Below are positions 43,391-51,092 of a DNA stretch of 64,000 nt, in pieces. A model generated the notes under the pieces. It was given only the letters and a program-made list of their open reading frames with translations, was not told where the DNA came from and did no database searches. Source of the stretch: an uncultured delta proteobacterium (GTDB taxonomy: Bacteria > Desulfobacterota > Syntrophobacteria > Syntrophobacterales > Syntrophobacteraceae). Location of the stretch: assembly GCA_963808625.1 (NCBI GenBank), contig CAWEHK010000026.1:10228-74227 (forward strand). The letters run 5' to 3'. The translations under genes were made by a program, and so were the position numbers. Within the stretch, counting starts at the first letter, position 1; each line of letters begins with the position of its first letter.

Positions 43391-44602
43391 TTAGACTTCG
43401 TCTTTGGCGGGCTTGGCGCGCATAAACTTCCCCATCTGGCGCAGGGCCTGGCGAAGTCTGTGTTCATTTTCCACCAGCGCCAACCGCAGGTAGCCTTCCC
43501 CTTCCTCGCCGAAGCCAATGCCGGGAGCAACCGCCACATTCGCTTCATCCATGAGTTTAATCGCAAAGGGCATAGAACCCATCTGGTCAAAGGGAGCGGG
43601 GATTTTGGCCCAAACGAACATGCCCGCTTTGGGCACGGTCACCGGCCAGCCGAGGCGCCGGAGTCCCCGGCAAAGGACATCGCGGCGCTGCTCATAAATC
43701 CTTGCCTGTTCCACGACCTCCGTGGCGCAATCCCGCAGCGCGACGATGCCCGCGATCTGAATGGCCGAAAAGATACCATAATCATAGTATCCCTTGATCT
43801 TGGCCAGCCCCTGAATGATTTCCTTATTCCCCACGCAATACCCAACGCGCCATCCTGCCATATTGTATGACTTGGAAAAAGAACCAAATTCAACACCGAC
43901 GTCCCTGGCCCCCGGCACCTGGAGGAAGCTTGGTGCGGTATAGCCATCGAAGGTGATCTTGGCATAGGCGAAATCATGAATGATCATGAAGCGGTATTTC
44001 CTGGCCAAAGCAACGATCTCTTGAAAAAGTTCGGTGCTGGCCACGGTCGCCGTGGGATTATGGGGGTAGTTCAGGATCAACACCTTCGGGGTCGGATAGA
44101 GCGACTCGCACATGGTCGCAATGCGCGCCAGGAAGGTCTCTTCACTGGCCAGGGGGATGCGAATGACATTGCCGCCGGCAATGATGGTGGCATAGACATG
44201 AATGGGAAAGGCCGGCGTCGGCACCAGGACCGTGTCTCCGGGTCCGACCAGGGCCAAACACAGGTGCGAAATCCCCTCCTTGGAGCCAATGGTGCAGAGG
44301 ACTTCCGTCTCAATATCCAGTTCCACGCCATAGTCCCGGCCATAGAATTGGGCAATTTCCCGACGCAGGCTGCGCAGTCCCGAAGCCACCGGATAGCGGT
44401 GACTCTTGGGGTCTTGCACCACTTCGCAGAGTTTCTGGGTCACCGCTTCGGGGGCGGGGTCGATCGGGTTACCCATCCCCAGGTCAATGACGTCGTGCCC
44501 CTGCGAACGTTTTTCCATCCTCATTTTATTGATCATCCCAAAAAGATACGGCGGCAATTGCTCCATGCGCTGGGCAAAGCGGATAATTGCATCTCCGGTC
44601 AT
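43391..44602 (-). CDS. alaC: Class I/II aminotransferase, AlaC (glutamate-pyruvate) type
   Basis: LPPYLF, DLGMGNP, TIGSKEG, PIHVY, SKSYNMAGWRVG, KGYYDYG, VWAKIP, APGIGFG closely follow E. coli AlaC/YfdZ as I recall it. Confidence 0.8.
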   Translation of the reverse strand: MTGDAIIRFAQRMEQLPPYLFGMINKMRMEKRSQGHDVIDLGMGNPIDPAPEAVTQKLCEVVQDPKSHRYPVASGLRSLRREIAQFYGRDYGVELDIETEVLCTIGSKEGISHLCLALVGPGDTVLVPTPAFPIHVYATIIAGGNVIRIPLASEETFLARIATMCESLYPTPKVLILNYPHNPTATVASTELFQEIVALARKYRFMIIHDFAYAKITFDGYTAPSFLQVPGARDVGVEFGSFSKSYNMAGWRVGYCVGNKEIIQGLAKIKGYYDYGIFSAIQIAGIVALRDCATEVVEQARIYEQRRDVLCRGLRRLGWPVTVPKAGMFVWAKIPAPFDQMGSMPFAIKLMDEANVAVAPGIGFGEEGEGYLRLALVENEHRLRQALRQMGKFMRAKPAKDEV

Positions 44603-44643
44603 GACTGTTTCCTCCTGTCTGCCTGTCTTGCTCCCGGTCAACC

Positions 44644-44677
44644 AAAAAGAAAACCCCAGGCCGCTTGGCCCGGGGCT
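44644..44677 (-). terminator. Intrinsic terminator (attenuator) in the alaC leader
   Basis: AGCCCCGGGCC-AAGC-GGCCTGGGGTT followed by TTCTTTTT, about 40 nt before the alaC start. Confidence 0.8.
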
Positions 44678-44731
44678 CAACGATGCCTTAGGCCGGCGGT
44701 TCAGCCCAAGGCTTTCGGTGGGTGCCTGCGG

Positions 44732-44815
44732 TTAATGAAACTCCAAGGCGCCAACCCTCACCCAGGCTATCCTGGCGGCGGCGGCCCATGCGATCGGTTT
44801 TGGAAAAGAGGTCAT
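44732..44815 (-). CDS. Putative Ala-rich leader peptide MTSFPKPIAWAAAARIAWVRVGALEFH
   Basis: 27 codons, RBS AAGGA upstream, GCC x4 in tandem, 7 Ala in total; lies between the promoter and the terminator. Confidence 0.65.
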   Translation of the reverse strand: MTSFPKPIAWAAAARIAWVRVGALEFH

Positions 44816-44847
44816 CACTATTCTGTTCCTTTTGTTCTTTTTTATCA

Positions 44848-44876
44848 TTTTTACTGAATATTGAAGGCCTTGTCAA
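44848..44876 (-). promoter_or_regulatory. Sigma70 promoter for leader-alaC
   Basis: TTGACA-N17-TAAAAA(T). Confidence 0.65.
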
Positions 44877-45047
44877 TGAGCACATCGCATACCCCGCACT
44901 CACTTTTTGCGCCACCTCGAGCACTTTTTCTTGCCCTTCGGGTCGTTTTTATGTCTTATTCAGAAACACACAGGAGGAATGAACCTTGGATCATAGCGTT
45001 TTGACTGGATTGCCGATGGTCTTGCTCCATAGTTGGGAAGGGAATTT

Positions 45048-45506
45048 ATGATCGATAGACCGAAAAAATTCCTACTGCTCATCGCGCTGGCCCTCGCCGT
45101 GGCAGCGCTTGTCTCCAATGTGTTTGCGCAAGTCGCAGAGCACATCATTGCCCAGGCTGCGGAATCTGCTGAATCAGCACAAAGACCAAAACTGAGCCAC
45201 GCCACCATGTGCGAAAGGGTCGATAACCTCAGCCCGACGCGAGCCGGCATCGTCTTTTCGGTCGCTAACGGCCAGGTTTGCTGTTATTCGTCATTTGATC
45301 CCGTGCCTCAGCCTACACTCATCTACCACCGCTGGTTCCACCGTGATGAATTGAGTACGCAGACCAGGCTGAGGGTGTATCCACCCAAATGGTCCACCTA
45401 TAGCGTGATCCAGCTTCGGGAAACCGACAAAGGACCCTGGCGGGTGGAGATTACCGATCAGAACGGCCGGATCTTCAGTGTCCTGCGTTTCAGCATCACT
45501 GACTAG
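45048..45506 (+). CDS. Exported DUF2914-like protein
   Basis: Signal peptide; IYHRWF...WSTYS...GPWRVEITD pattern. Confidence 0.75.
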   Translation: MIDRPKKFLLLIALALAVAALVSNVFAQVAEHIIAQAAESAESAQRPKLSHATMCERVDNLSPTRAGIVFSVANGQVCCYSSFDPVPQPTLIYHRWFHRDELSTQTRLRVYPPKWSTYSVIQLRETDKGPWRVEITDQNGRIFSVLRFSITD

Positions 45507-45534
45507 CCCTCGACTTATCTCGTGATTCTATGCC

Positions 45535-46986
45535 ATGACAAGTTTTATCAAGTTTCTTTCAACCATTCGCTGGCAAGACCTGGTGGATATCATCATCAAC
45601 AGCTATATCCTTTTCCGCGTCTATGTCCTCTTTCACGGCACCAATGCCTTTCGTGTGCTGGTTGGTATAGCCTCGCTCTGGATCCTGCAGGAGGTGGCGG
45701 CGTCCATGGGTCTGATTCTGACCAGTTGGGCGGTGCGAGGCATAACTACTGCCGCCGCGGTTATCATCATCGTCGTGTTCCGAAATGAGATCCGGTCCGC
45801 CCTCCAGGTTCGAAATCTTAAGACTTTTATCTGGGGGTCCCCCATCAGGGAACAGGCAACGCCTGTCGACATCGTGGTGCAAACAGTCTTCCAGATGGGC
45901 AAGAAGCGAATTGGCGCGCTGCTCGTTTTTCCCGGGAAAGAAGATCTGGGAGAGGACGTTCACGGGGGTATTGCCTGGTACGGAACGGTCTCAGCGGAGA
46001 TGCTGCTGAGCATATTTTGGCCGAACAACCCGGTTCATGACGGCGCCTGCATCATCCGCGGCGACCAGATCGTCGAAGTGGGAGTGCTCTTGCCACTGTC
46101 CCAGCGAACGGACCTGCCCTCATATTACGGGACCAGGCATCGGGCAGCGCTCGGCCTGGCGGAACGAAGCGATGCCCTCGTGGTGGTGGTCTCGGAAGAG
46201 CGCGGACGGGTGACCGCAGCCAAAGGCAACACGCTTATCCCGTTCAGCGAGCCGGAAGAATTGTCAAAGCTCATCAAACGGCACCTTAACCTTGACGACG
46301 GAGTTCCCACAAATGTGCAGAAACGGGAACGCTTAAGACTCTCCTTCGCCGCCATCCTGTCTTTCCTGATCATGACCGGCATCTGGTTCGGGTTCACCAG
46401 AAGCCAGGATACCATCATTGCCCTGAACGTCCCGATTGAGTACATCAACCGTCCGCTCGCCTATGAAATCCTGGACACTTCAACCGATGAGGCCCGCCTC
46501 CAGCTCTACGGCTCGAGCGCCCTGATCAAATCGCTGCAGCCGGGGCAGGTCCTGGTGCGCGTAGACCTTGACAAGGCCGTGGAAGGAAAGAATGTGTTTC
46601 CGATCACCCAGGACAATATCGTCCTGCCTCCGGGTGTGTTTCTCAATAAGGTACAGCCGTCCAATATCGATGTCAATCTTGATGCTCCGGTCACCAAGGA
46701 ACTGCCGGTTCAGGTTGACTGGGCGGGAAAGCTGCCGGAAAACCTGAACCTGGTGAAGGTCAGTGTGACCCCCGAAACCGTAAAGGTCATCGGCGGCAGC
46801 CAAATCCTCGAACACGTCGGCACCATCTACACGGCACCGGTGCGCCTGGATAGTCTGCCCAAAACGGGACCCGTCACCACCACCCTGGTCCTCACCCCGC
46901 CATCTCTGAAATTGATTTCGAATGCAACGGAAAAGGTTACCGTCAATTATGTGTTGGACGGGAAGACCAATGGTGAGAAAAAATGA
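45535..46986 (+). CDS. cdaA: Diadenylate cyclase CdaA fused to YbbR (CdaR-like) domains
   Basis: Three N-terminal TMs, DAC motifs HDGA and GTRHRAA, VSEERG, then a TM and two beta-rich YbbR-like repeats. Confidence 0.88.
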   Translation: MTSFIKFLSTIRWQDLVDIIINSYILFRVYVLFHGTNAFRVLVGIASLWILQEVAASMGLILTSWAVRGITTAAAVIIIVVFRNEIRSALQVRNLKTFIWGSPIREQATPVDIVVQTVFQMGKKRIGALLVFPGKEDLGEDVHGGIAWYGTVSAEMLLSIFWPNNPVHDGACIIRGDQIVEVGVLLPLSQRTDLPSYYGTRHRAALGLAERSDALVVVVSEERGRVTAAKGNTLIPFSEPEELSKLIKRHLNLDDGVPTNVQKRERLRLSFAAILSFLIMTGIWFGFTRSQDTIIALNVPIEYINRPLAYEILDTSTDEARLQLYGSSALIKSLQPGQVLVRVDLDKAVEGKNVFPITQDNIVLPPGVFLNKVQPSNIDVNLDAPVTKELPVQVDWAGKLPENLNLVKVSVTPETVKVIGGSQILEHVGTIYTAPVRLDSLPKTGPVTTTLVLTPPSLKLISNATEKVTVNYVLDGKTNGEKK

Positions 46987-47040
46987 TTCATTGAAAATCT
47001 TGACGCGCTCACGCAAACACAGAAACGGCAACGCAATCAG

Positions 47041-47280
47041 ATGAAGGAGAACAACCTGATGAAAAAGTTAAGCTTCGATGTCGAAGGGTTGACCGAAGAG
47101 CAGATAGAACTCGCCCGGCAGTTCATTGAGCTCATGAAGCGGGCCAAGGACCGGGAGAGAGCGTTCACGAATTTGAAAAGGCTGCTTGGAAAGGGTGCGA
47201 GGGGAGCCGAGCAAATCTCTGAGGAAGAGGCCAACAGGATCGCCGCTGAAGCCGCGGCTTATGCCAGGAAGAACCTGTGA
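47041..47280 (+). CDS. Putative antitoxin
   Basis: Small charged ORF whose stop overlaps the PIN gene start (GTGA). Confidence 0.6.
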   Translation: MKENNLMKKLSFDVEGLTEEQIELARQFIELMKRAKDRERAFTNLKRLLGKGARGAEQISEEEANRIAAEAAAYARKNL

Positions 47281-47729
47281 AGAAAGTCATTCTGAACACG
47301 AACATCATTATCAGTGCGCTGATAAGCCCGAAAGGCACACCCGGCAAGATTCTCGCTTTGGCCCTTCAAAAGAGATTTCGCCTGGTAAGTTCAGACCATC
47401 TTCTGGCCGAGTTAGGCAGGGCCTTGAAGTACGAACGAGTGACTGAAGCCCTTGCGCGCGCCCGAAAAGGATGGACGGAAAAGGACACTGCCGAATTCAT
47501 TCGCGACCTTAGAAAAGTATCCAGCCTTGTTCCCAGCAAACCTTTATCCGAAACGGTTTGCAAAGATCCGGACGACGACTGGCTCCTCTCCTGCGCGGTC
47601 CAATCAGGTGCATCGATCATCGTAAGTGGAGACAGAAACCTGACCGACCTGGTTAAATACAGACGCACTCGCATTATGGAAGCCAGGGCATTTTTAGACG
47701 AGTTGACTTCAAAAGATAGCCAAGTCTGA
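47277..47729 (+). CDS. PIN-domain putative toxin (TIGR00305-like)
   Basis: VILNTNIIISAL, LLAEL, CKDPDDDWLL, IVSGDRNL. Confidence 0.82.
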   Translation: MKKVILNTNIIISALISPKGTPGKILALALQKRFRLVSSDHLLAELGRALKYERVTEALARARKGWTEKDTAEFIRDLRKVSSLVPSKPLSETVCKDPDDDWLLSCAVQSGASIIVSGDRNLTDLVKYRRTRIMEARAFLDELTSKDSQV

Positions 47730-47787
47730 ACACCTTGCTTTTCCCCCCTCCGAATTTAGATGACCTCCCTTTTTCCTCGCACCATGA

Positions 47788-49137
47788 TTAGCATGCTCCC
47801 AGCGATGAGCCGTTCTTCAGCGAGTAAATGATGCGGTTTGCTCGCTCTTCGAGCTCCGGGATCATCTCGACCAGTGCTTTGAGGGAGGTAAGTATCTTCT
47901 TGGTCTGCTGTTGATGGGGAATGTCCAATGCGGGATGGTCCAGAAAGTACATGATTTCTTCCAGAACCTGTATGTTGTCGGCTTTAAAATCGGTATAAGC
48001 AAGTTTGGGCCAGACGGTCCGGAGGTCCGGAGGCAAGTGCTCGACCTGGAGAGCAAGGTCTTTATCCGTTCCCATCCAGATGACCTTCTGCAGTCCTTCC
48101 AGAAGCTCCTGGATCTCCTCCCGGTGCTCGTCCCAGACGCCGACTTCTGATAAAAGCCAGCCCCATTTGGGGCGAATCCGGGTATTAACCCAGTTTTGCC
48201 CCACGTGCGGCATGAGCGGTATGCGCGCCAGGTGCTGTTGGTCGTTCAATAATTCTTTGGCGAGCTCGCCTGCTTTCCCGTTGCCGTTCAGTTCGGGGAG
48301 GTGAGACTGGATGAGGTGGCTGAGCCGAGCAAGCACCGCCTTCTTGCTCACCATCTCGGGAAAGGCTTTCTCGAGCTGGGCTTCCCACTGTTCCCGCAGG
48401 AACCCTATTTCAGCGTTGATGGCAGAGAAGATGAAGCCCAACTTCACCAGCGTGTTGCGCATCTCGTGAGCCAGCACATTGCAGCTCTGAAGGCGCTGCC
48501 GCGTTAACGCCTCCTGGGCTTCCGACAGGGTTTCGCGAATATGCAGGGACAGCAGCTCGGTGCCCAGGGTCTGGGAGAGTTTTTTGATAATCTGGGTGGA
48601 ACGGTCCCCCCGTTTGACCGCTCCCAATTTGAAGTGAATCTTGATCACCGCCACAACCGCAAACTCAGAGTCTCGCCAGATTGCTTTCCCTTCATGATCC
48701 AGGGGATAGTCCGGAAACTCGGCCTGGTCCCAGTACAGGTCAGCCTTTCTCACGAGGACCGGTTCCATGTGGTGTGAGTCTTCGATCCCGCCGTTCAGTT
48801 GTTTGCGCACACTCCGAAGGTCCTCATAAGGGTTGTCTGCAGTCCAGCTTTTCTGCCTTTCCACACACCACCCCATGGCTTCCTTGATGTGCCCCGGGAG
48901 GTCACGGTACTGCTCCCAGGTCTTCCCCGGGAAATTATAGTCCGAAATCCCCGGCAGCCCCCATCGGATGATCTCAGAACCATGGCTGCGAGCTCCGGAA
49001 GTAACGCGCACCGCCTGCAATTGCGGCATGGGACCAATACGGTAAATCGTCCCTTTGTTGGCATCATTCAGACAGAACAAGATATTTTCGATCATATCTT
49101 TGCAGGTTTTTTCAAGGACGTCATTGCTAATGATCAC
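47788..49137 (-). CDS. Hypothetical protein with an H-box-like motif
   Basis: Uninterrupted 449-aa ORF; LAHEMRNTL after a coiled coil; no ATPase boxes. Confidence 0.65.
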   Translation of the reverse strand: MIISNDVLEKTCKDMIENILFCLNDANKGTIYRIGPMPQLQAVRVTSGARSHGSEIIRWGLPGISDYNFPGKTWEQYRDLPGHIKEAMGWCVERQKSWTADNPYEDLRSVRKQLNGGIEDSHHMEPVLVRKADLYWDQAEFPDYPLDHEGKAIWRDSEFAVVAVIKIHFKLGAVKRGDRSTQIIKKLSQTLGTELLSLHIRETLSEAQEALTRQRLQSCNVLAHEMRNTLVKLGFIFSAINAEIGFLREQWEAQLEKAFPEMVSKKAVLARLSHLIQSHLPELNGNGKAGELAKELLNDQQHLARIPLMPHVGQNWVNTRIRPKWGWLLSEVGVWDEHREEIQELLEGLQKVIWMGTDKDLALQVEHLPPDLRTVWPKLAYTDFKADNIQVLEEIMYFLDHPALDIPHQQQTKKILTSLKALVEMIPELEERANRIIYSLKNGSSLGAC

Positions 49138-49273
49138 CGCGCCTGCTCCAGATAGAGATTATTCTTCACCTTCAGCTCATATAAATAAAATTCTACAATG
49201 AATCGGCACGTTGGTCAATCTTGATTTTCTTCTGGCAGGCGCAGTCAGGGTTTGCGGTAGTATGCGAGGTTAA

Positions 49274-49404
49274 GGAATTATCTCAAAATGGTCAAGACGC
49301 CGTTGATAGTCATTCCGGCGAAAGCCGGAATCCAGGTTTTCCTGGGGATTCTGGACCCCGGCTTCCGCCGGGGTGACAAGGTAAGCCAATTTTGAGATAG
49401 TTTC
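49274..49404. mobile_element. MITE-like element (GAGACTATCTCA family, inverted orientation) with a TAA duplication at the malQ stop
   Basis: TAA-GGAATTATCTCAAAAT...ATTTTGAGATAGTTTC-TAA; internal GTCATTCCGGCGAAAGCCGGAATCCAG doublet. Confidence 0.85.
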
Positions 49405-50903
49405 TAAGTCCGCCCATATAGGGAGCTCATTTCCCTCAGCCTCTCCGCCACTTCGGAGGTCAGTTGCTCGGGGAGGAGTCGCCAAACCCAGTTGCCATGA
49501 GCCACACCCGGCACATTCAGGCGCGCCTCTTCGCCAAGGCCCAGGATGTCCTGCATGGGAATGATCGCCGTCGCGCAAACCGACATCATGGCAAGCCTTA
49601 TCAGCTCCCAGGAAACCTCGGCGCCCGTGACGTTCCTGCCCAGATAATGCCATAGCCGCGCTTTCGCCCCTTGGTCGAGTTCCTTTTCGAACCATCCCCT
49701 GGTGGTGTTGTTGTCATGGGTCCCCGTGTAAACCAGCGCGTTCCTGGTATGGTTATGGGGGGCGTACGGATTGGTTGGAAGGTCCTCGCTGAAGGCGAAC
49801 TGCAACACCCTCATCCCCGGAAAACCAAAGCAGGTCATGAGCTCTGTGACATCCGGCGTGATCACCCCAAGGTCTTCGGCAATTATGGGGAGAGAGGAAA
49901 ACCGTTTGAGAAGCGTAGCGAAAAAGTCATGCGCCGGCGCGGGTTCCCACTTCCCATTGATCGCTGTCGTCTCGGCCCCCGGGATCGCCCAGTAGCCCAC
50001 AAAGCCTCTGAAGTGGTCAACCCTGACGGTATCGAAAAGCCGCAAATTGTGCTCGAAACGCTGGACCCACCAACGGTAGCCTGATTCCTTCAGCACGTCC
50101 CAGCGATACACCGGATTTCCCCAGAGTTGGCCGGTAATACTGAAGTAATCAGGGGGCACCCCGGCAACAAACATGGGCCTTTGCTCGTCATCGAGCTGGA
50201 ACAGCATCGGATTGGCCCAAACCTCGACGCTGTCATCGCTTACATAGATAGGGAGATCACCGATAATCTGGACATTCCGCTGATTGCCGTAGCTCTTGAG
50301 GGCAGACCATTGCTCGAAAAATAGATATTGAAAGAATTCTTCCGCCAGGATTCTGTCGGCCAACCGCTCCCGCCATTCCCGCAGGGACTCGCCCGTTCTT
50401 TGCCTTATCTCCGGCGGCCAGGCATGCCACTCGATTCCCTCAAAGTGTTCCTTGAGCGCCACGAACAGCGCATAATCATCCAGCCAGTAGGCGTTTTCAC
50501 GGCAGAATCCAGTAAATCCACAAACCTCCCGGTTGCCCTGAGCAAACCTCGCAAATGCTTTTCGAAGCAGCTTGTGTTTGTGCGTGGAAGCAGTCTCGTA
50601 CTCCACTTTGCCATCGTTGAACAAAGGGGAATTCTCAAAATCGTCCGGCACGAGATAGCCTTCCTCCACCAGCCGGTCGGGACTGAGCAGCAGCGGGTTG
50701 CCGGCAAATGCCGAGAAAGAGCTGTACGGGGAGTTCCCGGAGCCTGGAGAGGTCGGGTTTAGGGGCAAAATCTGCCAGAGGCTTTGGCCGGCCTCGGCGA
50801 GGAAATCAACAAACCGGTAGGCGCCAGGCCCCAGATCACCGATTCCATAAGGAGAAGGAAGCGAGGTGAGGTGAAGCAATATGCCGCTGCGTCTCGCTTT
50901 CAT
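49404..50903 (-). CDS. malQ: 4-alpha-glucanotransferase
   Basis: SGILLHLTSLP, GVPPDYFS, RVDHFRGF, IIAEDLG, YTGTHDN. Confidence 0.96.
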   Translation of the reverse strand: MKARRSGILLHLTSLPSPYGIGDLGPGAYRFVDFLAEAGQSLWQILPLNPTSPGSGNSPYSSFSAFAGNPLLLSPDRLVEEGYLVPDDFENSPLFNDGKVEYETASTHKHKLLRKAFARFAQGNREVCGFTGFCRENAYWLDDYALFVALKEHFEGIEWHAWPPEIRQRTGESLREWRERLADRILAEEFFQYLFFEQWSALKSYGNQRNVQIIGDLPIYVSDDSVEVWANPMLFQLDDEQRPMFVAGVPPDYFSITGQLWGNPVYRWDVLKESGYRWWVQRFEHNLRLFDTVRVDHFRGFVGYWAIPGAETTAINGKWEPAPAHDFFATLLKRFSSLPIIAEDLGVITPDVTELMTCFGFPGMRVLQFAFSEDLPTNPYAPHNHTRNALVYTGTHDNNTTRGWFEKELDQGAKARLWHYLGRNVTGAEVSWELIRLAMMSVCATAIIPMQDILGLGEEARLNVPGVAHGNWVWRLLPEQLTSEVAERLREMSSLYGRT

Positions 50904-50977
50904 CCGCTAAACCTGGAGGTACATGAGCTCAGTGTCCTTTGGCTGGACTTCAAACTACAACCTGCCACACCCTGCCT

Positions 50978-51053
50978 CGAAGAACACGAAGGACACGAAA
51001 GAATGCATTCACGATAATCTCTGTGCTCCTCTTCGTGATCTTCGTGCCCTTCG
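50978..51053. repeat. CACGAA-type inverted repeat element between glgB and malQ
   Basis: CGAAGAACACGAAGGACACGAA ... TTCGTGATCTTCGTGCCCTTCG. Confidence 0.75.
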
Positions 51054-51092
51054 TCGCTCAAAAAACGCCTGGAGTCGTGGCGACGACCGCCG

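Noticed and set aside
43222..43425. Short ORFs sharing VTPAEAGVQN...LDSGFRRND (also at 22207 and 49270)
   Set aside because: Translations of the REP/MITE copies, not a protein family
44640..44815. 6S RNA, T-box or SAM/lysine riboswitch upstream of alaC
   Set aside because: No recognisable consensus motifs (for example T-box UGGNACC or SAM-I AUC...GAU core); a leader ORF plus terminator explains the region better. An Rfam search was not run.
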